A stretch of DNA of 64,000 nt from Ophelia neglecta (lineage: Eukaryota). The notes under the pieces were generated by a model. That model saw only the letters and a program-made list of their open reading frames with translations, was not told the DNA's origin and made no database searches. This document shows, piece by piece, positions 28,861-42,543 of the stretch. Position 1 is the first letter of the stretch. Every line of letters begins with the position of its first letter. Made by a program: the position numbers and the translations under genes. The stretch covers positions 29,574,001 through 29,638,000 of the forward strand of contig OZ260667.1 of NCBI GenBank assembly GCA_965285935.1, read 5' to 3'.

Positions 28861-31800
28861 TAATTATTTTTATAATATATATTTTTATATACATATATGA
28901 TATCTATGTCTGTGATTGGCTGACTACCTGGGGCGAACCAGTCCATTTGCCGTGGGTTAATCCATAATGCGTGACCAAAAGCGTATGTCGAGGCCGGGTC
29001 AGAACGATGCTGTGGGGCTAGGAGACAGTAACAGCTGACATCGTCTGGCATACGGGTTTTCCTAATAGTGTATACATTTCAGCCAGCTGCTTCAAGCCAA
29101 ACAGGTCCTAAGGTTTCATGGGTTTTTTTTTTGGGGGGGGGGGACATTTGCGAAAAGCACTATATACGTACCTTATTCTGTTTAAGGGATTATACGTGTG
29201 TCATGCGGAATTGTAAGCCAAAGAGAATGATTTACTCGCAGAAAGATTTTGCTTCACCAAACTAGCAAGTATTATTTGCACGAGTTTGTGTAAATACTAC
29301 GCTACGCTTTGATAACGTGTCTCGATGTATTTAACTAAATAACTAAAATGGATTAAATTTTCAAGCGTTTGGCTAGAGCTTAATTTTAAACCTAGAATAA
29401 ACATTTAAATCACTGCAGGAGCGGTACACCAATTTTGGCACGTTTGAAGTAAATGAGATCTTTAGGTGGATTTAGAAGAGGTCAAAGTGCAACTAGGGAT
29501 TTGTGCAGAAAATGGCAATTATATGCAACGACAAATTACTTTGAATGGACTTTTCACCTAGCTGAATTAAAACATATGTAGCTAGTACCAGTCAAGGTTC
29601 AGTAAGTGTATATATCTTGTGGCTGATCAGGGAGCTGCAGTCAAATTGGTGGTCGAAGCCTTATACAGGCCTTGGTGCATGAGGGCTTAATGTTTAATAG
29701 GCTAGTAGCTGTGTACCCGATAAATGTGAGAGTAAATAAGGTAGCCATAGTCTTTTAGATTATTAACCTAGCAGACTTCATATGGCATAAAAGCAGAATA
29801 ACGATTATTTAAAATTGGTTTAGACATGCTCAACACTGAGACAACACAACGATATTCTATGTTTTGTATGTTTTTTAATTGTGCATCTAAGCCACATGCG
29901 CTTCAAATTTTGCACTAATGACATTTTGGCTATCATATAGTCAAGCCATCTCGTACGTGTAAACATGCACTAGATCTTGAGCAAAATACTTCTCATGGTC
30001 TACAAGAAATATTTATCAGGACTTCATTGATAAGCGATTGCAGCCCCCATTAAGTCCCAAATTAACTTTATAGACATGCTTGGTTTTTCGCGGAAAAACC
30101 TATATGAAGGCCTTTTACAGAATCACATCCTTTGAATCGTGATTAGAAGTGATATTTATGTGGTTTATTTGGCCTAGATTACTGCGACTAATACAGTGTA
30201 CCTTTCTCACAGATAGACTGGGTTAGTAGGGCTCGTGTCTGTTTACAACCCTAGTTTGGACTCATTTTGTAAGTAAATAGCCGGATACATCAGGACTGGC
30301 CTTCCGGATGGTCCATTTGACATGCATGACAGTTGGTTAGAGCTCGTAAAGCGGAGAAAGGCAAAAAGAAATGCAGCCAAATGACTACTCAGCCGGACGT
30401 CTGCTGTCTAACAACATCTCTACCACTGCTCCGGGCTAGATTGCTTCCTCTGCAATATGAACAAACCGGTGAAGCCGGCGGCATCTGGTGGGCGGGAACT
30501 CAACATGCTAAGTACGAACTCAGCACGAGCGCAAACAAAGCTCAGGTAAGCTCGTATCCTGTTTAATTATAGAAGGCAGGTCATTGTTTATTTTCCGCCA
30601 TGGTGAGGTAAACATCTAGGGGGTTTTAAAAACCAAATCGGTACTGCCAGAAAACGCTTGCTTTGTTTATAATTGACATAAGTTACAATTTACTAATCAA
30701 TCAATAAGTCCAGGTCTTCCAGTATGTGTTTTCAGCATTGTTCTTGCAGATGAAGTTGAGCAAGATTGACTAAAAGAAACGTAAATGGGTAACCGACACA
30801 AATAACTAATCATTGAATAAGCCAACTCAATAAAACGGTTACAGTTCATCAGCCGAACTACATCGTACCTCAACTTTGCAAAATCAGTTCACGAACTGCA
30901 CATAAATGTTTGATACTAATTGAATTCTGAATAATATTATGATAGGGCCTAACTATATCAACGAGATCACTGGCGATATGAAAGACCACGAAACTAACAT
31001 AAGGTAATGGCAATACGAAGTAGAAATACGTTCTTACAGGGCCTTAAGACGAGCTAGGCTATCAAGCTTTAATAACAGTAGACTTAAGACAACAAACATT
31101 GATTGTCCTGTACATACGAATGCACGAGAATGTAAAGGATTCTTCGAAGCTGTTAAACGAACATTGCTATATTTTCACATGATGTATTGTATATATAAGA
31201 TATGTCAACCCGGCAGAGTGAACCTAACACACTTTTATTGTTAGTGGACATGTGCACCAGCAGCACGTGCTTGATACGCTTTAATAATGAAGTACGAGCG
31301 TATGACCACTTGTTATATAATATATAGAGCAGAATGAATTAGCACTCTTAAAATCAAATGGGGTATTTTACTGGGCATGTTTTGAAGCAAGAGTAATCTG
31401 CAACACACTTTATTGTTGCATTTGGACTACCCTACGTGTAGCGGCAAGCGGTGGATTATATTCTATTGTAGAATCCATACACTTTCAAGGTGTTAGATAC
31501 CAGGGTAATACCTTATTAAATTCTGATTCTTAAGCACAAGCTCTTGAAAGGGCAGAAGTCTACAAATGTATATCCCATATGCTGAAAATAGGAAAAGAAT
31601 CCACCAAGGGATGGGGTTTATTGTGGAAGGTAAACATTATCACCTTTGTCATCTAGCAATAAAGAAAGGAAGTCCCTATGGTTCAAATCTCTTTAAATGT
31701 ATAAATATAATGTTCAAATATGAAGAACAAATCGATAAATAACATCCTACTGAACTATCGTTGGTAGATTTAATCAAACTGAATAAATGGAAGCATTTCA

Positions 31801-34800
31801 ACCGTTTACTTAAAAAAGTCTTAACAATTATTTATAGACAACGGTCAGTTTAGGCCAATTTCACCACAAAATGTCGACCAGTCAATCTGTTTGAATGTTA
31901 TTACGATCATAGATATAGGCCTATTTGAGATTCCGCATCGTGTTTCTGACCTCCTGGCACGATGATTCCTTCGGTCATTGATAACTCAATCAGGAAGGGT
32001 GTATCTAAGATTGGCTAAGACGATAAGCGAGACTAGAATTAGCGTTACTGATCACGTACATCGAGGCAAACGTCAATAATTCATTGAGAAGGCGTTATAT
32101 GCGAGGCTGAGCAGGAAGGTTAACTACCTCGGCGCAGACAGAGGGTGAAACGGATAGCGGTCATCGGTGATGGGCCGGGGTCTCAGTTTATATACTCACT
32201 GATACTCCATATCGGATAATTGTCGACCAGGGAATTGTCAATGCTATAATAAGGTACCCAATCGCCCCTTGGACCGAGACCTGATGATGGGTTGCTTGTT
32301 TTAGCGTCGCCTGGTCGCTATTCTACAGATGGCGTCTTATACCATCATCCCAAATCAGCTGCATGGACATGGATTTGGAGGCGGCCATTTTTGTCACCTT
32401 TATCAAACTTTTACACCTTTCAATTAATTTCCTGGTCTTAAAGGAGACCGAGCCTAGCTTCACTGTCTACTGTCAGAGCATGATGTTATACGTGTTGAAT
32501 TCATACCTGACGTGATATCATAGTTTTTCCCCTAGGTGTAAATGATCATCGCTGGCCAAGCCGTGCACTCACATTTTTTTTACCCACTTGTAAACAAATA
32601 AAGTGTGGGAATTTACACATTGAATATGCCATGTTCGGCGCAAATTCGATTTGCAGCCACGTATGGAGAACCAAATACACGTGGATAATACGATTTTATA
32701 AGAGTAATGTGCTGCATATAGGCCACTAACAAGAGAAATGATATCCTATAGCAGCGACAAGAGACACATCTGTAAAGAAACAGAATGGCGTTCACCTCAC
32801 CGACAATTATATGGTTAAATTGAATTCCTCCCTTTGCTTCTGTCTTGGTATCTCTTAAGATATAAAGTTCTGGATTGAACACTAATCTAATGTCGATAGC
32901 ATGGGTAGAATAAGGCCCGATGGACCAAGACTACAGCGTGAGCAGGGTTTGATCTATGATCGCGACAGGCGGTACGAGATGCTGCTAGTGCCCGCGATAT
33001 ATCGATATGTACTGAGCTCACATATAGGGTACATTGTGAATTCCCAACCCTACCACTCCACTAAAACGCATTTATATGCAGCGATATCAAATAAAGAGAG
33101 CAACCTCTCGAGACACTCAAATGAAGAGATCCAAATGGATCGGGTATTGATGATATAATAAAGCCATTTTGACGAGGGGTGTTTCATAGGCCGATTATCC
33201 CTCCGAGGACCAGAACTTTCTCGACTGATCATCCTGGAAGGCCGAAAGATCTGTTCTCTGCGCACATTGTTGTTTTTCATCACAACCGCCAGTTTTTAAT
33301 CATTATTGAGTTATCAAAAGCCTCAAAGCGATTGGTAATGTTTATTATAATAGATCACATGCAGAAAATCAATATTAATTTTACTGATTGTGATATATAT
33401 GCCGGCCGCCATTAAGGTACGCCCCAATGACGTCTTTGACTCGTTTGCTTCCGGTCTTCCCAATTTAGGCCGGCACATAATATAAATGCAATCGCGCCAA
33501 ATTCCCCAGGACGAAGGCATTGTGTAAATCTGATGTTTCTCACAACAACTCACATTTAAAGAATGAATAAAGACATAATTTCATGCCTTTCCTGAAGAGA
33601 AAAAAACGATACGCTAGAGATATTGTATACATTTCATGCGTAATACTGCTTCATGTCAGGCCAGGCTTGGCTCGGCAGTTATGCTAAGTGACATTTGAAT
33701 TATAGGATAAAACGCCCACAAGGCGCTAAAAAAGTTCTTTTCGGATGTGTTCATAAAGGGAAACACCGCAATATTTAAGTAACCAAAGAAGCGTGGGAAT
33801 CCCGCTGAATGCTGCCAGCTCGGGCTAACCTAGTCTACTCGGGATTTTGAGCACACTAATGGGACGGATGGTAATATAGAAAGCCAGACTCTAACAGTAT
33901 TGGAAATAAATACAAACCAGTTGAAAAATGTCGCGGGCCACACGACAATTGATACAATACAATGCCATGTGAATAATGCCTCTGGTTTGAGTTTATTAGC
34001 TACCCAATACCAAGAATGTCTACATGGTGTCGGCCTACTAGGCGCGAGTCGATGAGAACCCAAATATCCCTGTACAATAAAGGGTGGGTTAAACACTGAT
34101 GATTGCAAGCAGTTATAAGGCCACGGGCAAAGTACCAGGTGAAGTCGAAAAACACACGCGTTCTTCACAGGAAATGCTTACTGCTGGCGAGGGATTCATA
34201 ATCCAGGGCTTCACCAATGAGCAAACAGCCTTGTCTGTTACCCGGATGTAATATCTCATGATCAATCATTATCTGACTTGATCTAAAACATGCGCAAGTT
34301 GAAGATCAAGGATGATTTATGTTAAACTTTCAGATCAAAATACCTGATACTGCAGATGAGCTCCCCAAGGAACCCTGAATAAAGAACAAACTGGGTTTTT
34401 TTGCACGATATTGGGGAAAATATCACCAAGGGTATGATAGACTAATGTAAGTAATAAGTAAGCATTCTGAAAGATGGTAACCCCACTTTATTTGTGGCAT
34501 AAACGTAAATCCTGTGGGTTTTCACCAAGGAAGGAATGATTTGCCTCTTGAAAAAAACATATATATTGAAATTGTGAGGATAAAACCTATTCATAAGACT
34601 GGTGTAGGCGTCCCCGCAAATATGTGATGTGCTCTGGGTCAATCTAACATTATTGCCTGACAACTATGTTGGGGTCAGAATTTACACTGATTGGATAAAA
34701 AAGTCGATTGTGAAAAGTATAGGCTTCAGCTTTGGCTTAACTTAAGTAGGATGATAGAGTACAAGAGTAAGTTTAGTTCGTAACTATTGCATATGAAGAA

Positions 34801-35129
34801 ATAACATGAAATAAACCAATTCACATACACATCAGGACGTAAACATCAATAAAATTAACTCAGTAATGTGAATATAATCCCACGACATGGCCTCTTTTAC
34901 TGGTAGTGTCACGAGTGACCCTTTAAGGTCGTTATTTTCAGTTTCGCCTTTAGAATGAATTTTAAAACTTATCTCCCATCACTTAGCGACTTTTCACATT
35001 TCTTGTTTACGAAATGAAATGATCTTTTCGAAAGCTTAATCACATAACAATAAATATGGCGCCGTGCTTTACCTAAATTTTGAAATTACAAAATTAAACT
35101 ACCTTATAGATTTGATTATCGGTCGGTTA

Positions 35130-35790
35130 AATCTGACCTGTTGAAAAACAGGTCGAGGTCAACGAAAATGCCATCAGTAGATTTCTAGCAAAGATAATTA
35201 CACCAAAAGGCCCAATGTCATATACACGTGACACGAATATCTTACCCCATTAAAAAAGGAGCCTTTGAATTGCTGAATTTGACCTAAAGAGAGGAGTTCT
35301 AGGTCAATGTCAAGGTCACAAGTAGACTGATTGTAAACGACACCACAGCTATAAGGGTGGTCAATACATTTGGTATGCATGTCTGCCAGCGAGGCGCCCT
35401 CAAAAGGCAAACAAACGATCGCAAACAATCGAAATGCGGACATTGTTCTTTTAAATCACATAATGTCAAATCCCTGGAATTTACTTGGTGAAGTGCAGGG
35501 CCGTCTTTGCCGTGCTTTATATATGTAATCGTGGAAGCAGGAGGAATTAATTTTTGATGTCATTATATATTAAAGATAGTTTAAGGTGGAAACTATCATA
35601 TGACCAATGAATACTTGATATAAGTAATGGTTTGGAGAGGAAGGCTAATGTAATTGATGATAGACAAACGGAGCGACAGATACACTGACGAAAGTGACGG
35701 ACGGAGCGACGGACGGATGGGTATTCGTCCGACTGATCATGACGCCATCACGACTTGACAAGCTCAGAAAATTTAGCATTCTGAGCTAAG
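35130..35790. mobile_element. non-autonomous Helitron/Helentron-like (HINE-type) repeat remnant
   Basis: GGTCAAGGTCA/TGACCT-type motifs (35133-35320), a degenerate GACG/GGAC microsatellite (35660-35720), then a terminal stem-loop AGCTCAGAA...TTCTGAGCT (35761-35787). This arrangement is typical of Helentron-associated elements in invertebrates. Boundaries approximate. Confidence 0.55.
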
Positions 35791-37545
35791 AAACGCAATG
35801 AAAATGTGCTCTAATTAAGCGCGCGAAACGTTTCCAGGTGCCCCTCCCGAGTTTTATCTCTGACATCATATGCCGGGTTTACTTTTTTCCATTAACATCC
35901 GGGTAAAACAACATCATTTGATTTTGACTCAACTCAAAACAATGCATTATCTACATTAACATCAGAAGCAATAATATTATGAATGTACAGACATGCCGTA
36001 AACTGATGAATTCGCTCCTGAGTATAGACATTTGTGCATTCCGCTGATCCTGCCAAAAGTTTTTAAATTAATCAGTGTGGCTGAGGATATGGAGAATATT
36101 TTCAACAGTCAAAATATACTGCAAACTGTATCACTGACCTTCTTGTGGCTTTGAATGTTACAGATATATCACCGACCACCAGTCCGTTCCGCCGCTTTTA
36201 AGAAAACGGCAACCATCGGTTGCTTCCTGTAATAACGACCTAGTTTTCTGGAAGATAAAAAAAGATAAGTTGCTAAGATTTATATTACATATACAATCAA
36301 TATGACTAAGAGACTTACCATCCACACACTGAAAAGTAATAAGGACAAATTTGCTTTTGATTGGAGGTTAGTTAGTTTTGTATGTTTATAGTGACATGTT
36401 AACATTGCAAGAAAAGGTCCAAAACAGCTATGAATTTGAGCGTTTGAAGCTTGCCTTCGCCACGGCAGCCGCTCCGCCGGGCTGAAGGTACCATATCAGC
36501 AATTGACGCTACTCCAAGTCATGCAAGCAATGCTTGAAAAGATTGGCGCAAGATAAACACAATTACCGAAAGGCGAGTAGCATATTGGAGGTGGTACTCT
36601 CTGAGGAAAACCGCTCCCATCCGGTATTAACGTGCCTGGGCTTTTATCATGTAGGCTAATAGAATAGAAATATACTTTCGAGTAGAAAAATCCTCTCAGA
36701 AAGATAATGAACAACTCGGCTGACGCACCTTGTACATCATAATTATGGCCGTATAAACGAAGGCTGTGTTTACTGGTGCCTTCCGTTGTAGCTTCACTGG
36801 TATTCCAGGTAAACAACGCATACGCCTGTAATATATGAAGACTAGAATTCTCAGTTGAGGAGAGCCCAGGAGTCAAACATACTGTACCTAACAAAGACGG
36901 ATCGCCCGCTCAGCCACATTCTTGGCTGGCAGTGAGAAGGCTACACAGCTGAGCTTCATTGTGCTCAACGCTACTCAAAGTGACTAGAGGTTGCTTCTTT
37001 CTTGCGCGGGCAGTTAGTTTTCCATTTATGAGATACATAATTATTAGATAAACATAAAGGCAGGGTATCTCTTTTATAAGTGTACGTGCCTATCTAGTAG
37101 ATTGCAATAGCTTCAGAGAAAATCCGATCCCAACCTATGACCAAAAAACCAATCAACCACGATTTTCTTACACCAGAGCGCCTCTCCCCATGGAGAGCAG
37201 TTCGCAGAAAGAGAAGCAGAAAAACAACATCTACAAATGTTTCTAATAATTTCTTTAGTGTTCAATTTTGGTTATCATAGGTCATTTGTCTATGGGTCAT
37301 GTACGCCTTTTTCAAGGTTATTATTAGCTTTGTCGCCCTCTTCTTTTGTAGCTACTGATACAGTCGTGTTCATTGACCATAAACGCATTCATATTTCCAA
37401 ATTTCATCCAGTTGTTGAATTGTCCAGGCCAATTGTCCCATTTTTCATCTCCAGGGCGTAATCGTATAAAGCACTTAACAAGCCATGTTCCATCAGTCAC
37501 ATTTTCCATGCTATTGATAAGAAAGCTGTATCTGACCCGTTCTCT

Positions 37546-38706
37546 ATAGGGTCATAATCATTTCACCCACGTACTATGCTGACCAGGTCTCTTCAGGGTC
37601 ATATTTCACACACGTACTATGCAGACTGGTATATTCAGGATCATATTTCACACACGTACTATGCAGACTGGTATATTCAGGGTCATATTTCACACACGTA
37701 CTATGCGGACTGGTCTATTCAGGGTCATATTTCACACACGTACTATGCGGACTGGCCTATTCACGGTCATATTTCACACACGTACTATTCGGACTGGTCT
37801 ATTCAGGGTCATATTTCATCCACGTACTATGTTGACCAGGTCTCTTTAGGGTAATATATCATCCACGTACTTTGCGGACAGGTCTATTCAGGGTCATATT
37901 TCACCCGCGAACTATGCGTACTGGTTTATTCAGGGTCATATTTCATCCACGTACTATGCGTACTGGTTTATTCAGGGTCATATTTCATCCACGTACTATG
38001 CGTACTGGTTTATTCAGGGTCATATTTCACACACGTACTAATAACTATGCGTACTGGTTTATTCAGGGTTATATTTCATCCACGTACTATGCTGACCAGG
38101 TCTCTTCAGGGTAATATATCATCCAATATTAAGACGACTGGTCTATTCAGGGTCATATTTCACCCGCGAACTATGCGTACTGGTTTATTCAGGGTTATAT
38201 TTCACACATAAACTAATAACTAGGCGTACTGGTTTATTCAGGTTCATATTTCACACACGTACTAATAACTATGCGTACTGGTTTATTCAGGGTTATATTT
38301 CATCCACGTACTATGCGTACTGGTTTATTCAGGGTCATATTTCATCCACGTACTATGCGGGCCATGTCTATTCAGGATCATATTTCATCCACGTACTATG
38401 CTGGCCATGTCTTTTCAGGATCATATTTCATCCACGTACTATGCGGGCCATGTCTATTCAGGATCATATTTCATTCACGTACTATGCTGGCCATGTCTAT
38501 TCAGGATCATATTTCATCCACGTACTATGCGGGCCATGTCTATTCAGGATCATATTTCATCCACGTACTATGCGGGCCATGTCTATTCAGGATCATATTT
38601 CATTCACGTACTATGCTGGCCATGTCTATTCAGGATCATATTTCATCCACGTACTATGCTGGCCATGTCTTTTCAGGATCATATTTCATCCACGTACCAT
38701 GCTGAC
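37546..38706. repeat. 42/43-bp minisatellite (CAGGGTCATATTTCATCCACGTACTATGCGGACTGGTCTATT), about 27 units in three sub-domains
   Basis: The 42-bp period appears as 14-aa repeats in the ORF track. A 43-bp variant (GCGGGCCATGTCTATT) runs from ~38355 onward. The variant GCTGACCAGGTCTCT recurs at 37578, 37831 and 38091. Confidence 0.95.
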
Positions 38707-39734
38707 TGTGTCTCACTATATACTTATACACATTCTGAGTAGCCTGGGAAAAACTGAGGTCGAAGGTTAAGATATATTTCTACCTCAGCCACTTTAAATG
38801 TATTAATGACCTGAATCAAATCGTGGAAGGCGGTGGACCTCTCATTGCTTATGATCTCACATGTTATCTTGTAAACATTTATTTGTAACTTGCGACACTG
38901 GCTTTTGATAACGTTGGGGAGTGCTTAGTTGAAACTAACGGTCCCTCGTGGATTGGAATGATATGTGTTTTTCTAAAATCATGTACATGTCTGAAATCCT
39001 ATTAGTGTTGTCTGCCAGGTTCACACCCATTCACGCTTGCAAAGTTTGAGGCCTCAAATTTTCACAGATAACCAGAGAATATAACGAATACGGATAATAA
39101 TATAAAATTAAACAAAAGGAAAGTCAATATATATGCAGAATGCGAACTTGCTCTGATATCTAAGTGTTATTGTGATACGTGTAGTTTGCTCTACCCGGAC
39201 ACGACGTATTTGCGTGTAACCCGAATCAGTGTCGTTCGTCAAAGACAGTCTCATATCCTCATCTGCCCATGCGAAAATTGACATCAGTGACACCACACCG
39301 CTGGGGACGAGATTAAATTCATGTCACTCCTGAACTTGACAGGAACTGTCGCCCCTCTGTGTGTTCATGGCTTGCTGGGTATGTGGACACCATACTGCTT
39401 AGATCCAGCCTTAGTTCCTGCTCATAATTCATATGTGGCCTCAGCCAGACGCGCCACGTAGCGCGATTTGAAGTCGTTTTAAAAGCCCCGTTATTTTGCC
39501 ACATAAATTGTTATTCAATATATGGTGTTGTTACGATACTTGTGGTATCATATGGCATGTGTGTGTGGTATTATTAATTTGAGCAAATAAACGAAAAATA
39601 ATGATAATAACTAAAGCAAAGCAGCCAACCGTTCCCACCATACATGCAGCAAATGATTTAAAAATGATCGGTCGAGTACTGTGGGTGTAAAGCTTATATT
39701 AACTAAATGTATAAGTCCGCCATGCCGTCGTGAA

Positions 39735-39790
39735 ATAGGGGCAACCATTTAGAACAGCTGAATAGGGGCATCAATTTAGAACAGCTGAAT
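39735..39790. repeat. 27-bp tandem duplication
   Basis: AATAGGGGCA(AC/TC)(C/A)ATTTAGAACAGCTG present twice. Confidence 0.8.
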
Positions 39791-40155
39791 TTAGTAGGTC
39801 ATTCTACAGGTACTCATTTTAACAATTCCCCATACAGATATATGTGTATTCTGTCTACCTATAGAAGGCCAACTAAGAATCAACTGTTGTTAACTGTTGC
39901 TTCCACTTCTTGATAGTATGGTGGAGTCTTCCCCTAAATCGAGCTCATTGCCATAATCACTTTTATTGGATATTCTGTCCACCTCGTTATTAAAAGCAGT
40001 TCGTCTCCATGCTCCAAATGTGATATGAATAGTTACCCTGGATATAATGTTTGAGGCAGAGCAGATTTGTGTGGCAGAATAGCATACCTATCTTTTAATG
40101 TTATCGAAGATGCTGATGAGATATGTGATCTACTGTCTAAGGCACCATCACCAGT

Positions 40156-40436
40156 CGACGAGCATATAAGCCTAGCGACGAGCACATGTAGGCCTACCGA
40201 CGAGCACACATAGGCCTACCAACGAGAACATACACACCTAACGACGAGCACGTATACGCCTACGGCGAGCACATATAAGCCTAACGACGAGCACGTATAC
40301 GCCTACGGCGAGCACATATACTCATACCGACGAGCACGTAAACGCCTACGGCGAGCACATATACGCCTACCGACGGGCAAATATAGGCCTACCGACGAGC
40401 ACATAGAGGCCTACCGATGTGCACATAGAGGCCTGC
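40156..40436. repeat. 21/22-bp minisatellite (CGACGAGCACATATAGGCCTAC) with 43-bp dimer core
   Basis: About 13 units. The dimer CGACGAGCACGTATACGCCTACGGCGAGCACATATA recurs near 40241, 40284 and 40327. Confidence 0.9.
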
Positions 40437-42382
40437 CAGTAAAAATACTTATTGTTGCCATCAGGTGGAGTGTCTTGCCAGTTTTAATAGGCATAGCGCC
40501 TGTCTAATCGTCCTTCTTTGAGAAGTCAGACAGCACGACTTCCATGATATTAACACATCCCTAATCATGATGCCAATGAAAATTTTGGCTTCTTAGTGTT
40601 ACAGTAAGCGGCTTTCATCTTTCTGAAATATGAATCAAAGCCGACCACATCCATCTCCACCCAACTGCTCCCTATATCCCTCTGTAGTATTGCTATTGCG
40701 ATAAATCCTTTATCGTCAAACCATCAAACGTCTTTACAACAAACAAAAACACCTCGTAAAAGGAGGTCAAACCAGGTACGGAGACTCCATTTTAAGTTTC
40801 CTGGTACACAAGTACATTTTGATGAGCAATCTTCAGCTGCCAGAAATTGAAGGTCGCAAGCAAAGTGTTAGGTTTTCGTTACCCACAGGAGGTACATACC
40901 GTAGATATGGTATATGTTTTTTACCGGTGGTGGGAAGACTCCCGTGGCGGCCAAAGCTGTCGTGTGGAGAACCTGGAAATACTGGTATATATAATACCTG
41001 ATAACCTCTCCACTGGATCACGCTGTGCTTTGTGAGAGGCAAATACTCACCGTGGAGGTTTTAATTCAGTTTCTTATTCTGTTGCTGACAAGCTACCCGT
41101 TTATGTTGACTAAACTGCCTTGTTAAAACACACACTACTGAGTTTATTTAGTTAGAGCAGATTAAGATATTATTAGGAGTCAAGGAGACAGGTTTCATTT
41201 CAATGCCGTACCATGAACTGGTCTTTTACAATGTGTGCGCCCTAGCCTCCACCAATGCGTCATTTTTTCTGTCGTCATAACTATGTCTGAAGGCAGACTG
41301 CTCAGTCAGGGGGGGGGGGGGTCATTGTTAAATACGTTTATTCTCGAAGCGTTCGTATCGATTTTCCCTAAACAATATACGGTTTCAAAAAAAGCAATTC
41401 CTGCAAGGTGCGAAAAAGTTGATTAGAAAACCGACCAAACGTCGGCGCCGTGTGTTTGTTTTAAGAAAATCGACAACCACGATTCGACTGCACAAGCACA
41501 ATGTTTTATATTGCTGTCGACCGCTTTAAACAATATAGAGAATAGAGGTTCTTGTTGGAACTGGCATATTTAATCGAATCATGAAACATGCTTTTTGGTG
41601 GTTCACAACGCTGGTTTTAACATGGCCAATGCAGCTGTTTGAAACATCTTACATTCTTGAAAATCAATCAATGCTTTTGCAAACAGATTTGAGGGTAAAA
41701 TGTAAGGTTTTCAATCGCTTTTGTAGTGGTATTTAGTACATTAGCAAATTTAGGAATTTTCCCATACACTGATTGAATCATAAGACAAACGTAATTCCAA
41801 GAGTGATCTAAGTATAGGTCCTTCTAAGGTCATATGGACCACAGTATCGGAGCCGGTGTACCGTGTACAGTTGTTCAATTAGCTACAGTAAGCCAAATTG
41901 CATGTTGAACAATAACCTAGCAATAGCCTAGTCACGTGACTGAAAATGACCCGTACAGGTAATTGTTTAATAAGTATATCAGCTTTTTAATTGCTAAGGT
42001 AAAAACAATGCATAGGCGATAAAAGAACGATTTCTATGATACTCGTTTTGATAGTAATTGGTTTGTGACAATTGATTGATTATAAGACTGACAGATAATG
42101 TATATACCCAATTTCTGAACACTCCATATCAACTCACCACTCGTCATTGACTGAAACCAACAAATAATTAGATCATCGGCCGAAGCCTAAATGCAAATGC
42201 ATGTTTCAAACTTGTTGACATTGGCGGTACAAAGCTAAGGCCAGGGACACGAAAAGATGGCGAAAAACTGGAAGGCCAATTTATCGACATGATTGATGAA
42301 CAGGCAGCGGGGTAATAGGAAAGGCTGAATGTAGCATCATCAACGACAGCATATTGCAATCAAAAGGGCACAGCTAGTGTGT

Positions 42383-42543
42383 NNNNNNNNNNNNNNNNNN
42401 NNNNNNNNNNNNNNNNNNNNNNNNNNNNNNNNNNNNNNNNNNNNNNNNNNNNNNNNNNNNNNNNNNNNNNNNNNNNNNNNNNNNNNNNNNNNNNNNNNNN
42501 NNNNNNNNNNNNNNNNNNNNNNNNNNNNNNNNNNNNNNNNNNN
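42383..42543. other. 161-N assembly gap or masked segment
   Basis: Run of N flanked by GTGTGT on the left and CTCTCTC on the right, suggesting an unresolved or masked (GT)n/(CT)n microsatellite. Confidence 0.95.

Noticed and set aside
37576-38770. Repetitive ORFs in several frames
   Set aside because: They arise from a stop-free 42-bp unit. The 43-bp variant cycles through frames, and there are no convincing splice or start signals.
42172-42315. Short frame containing LVDIGGTKLR, resembling a ROK/sugar-kinase phosphate-1 motif
   Set aside because: Only 47 codons, the hydrophobic strand expected after the motif is absent, and no further kinase exons were seen. Likely chance.
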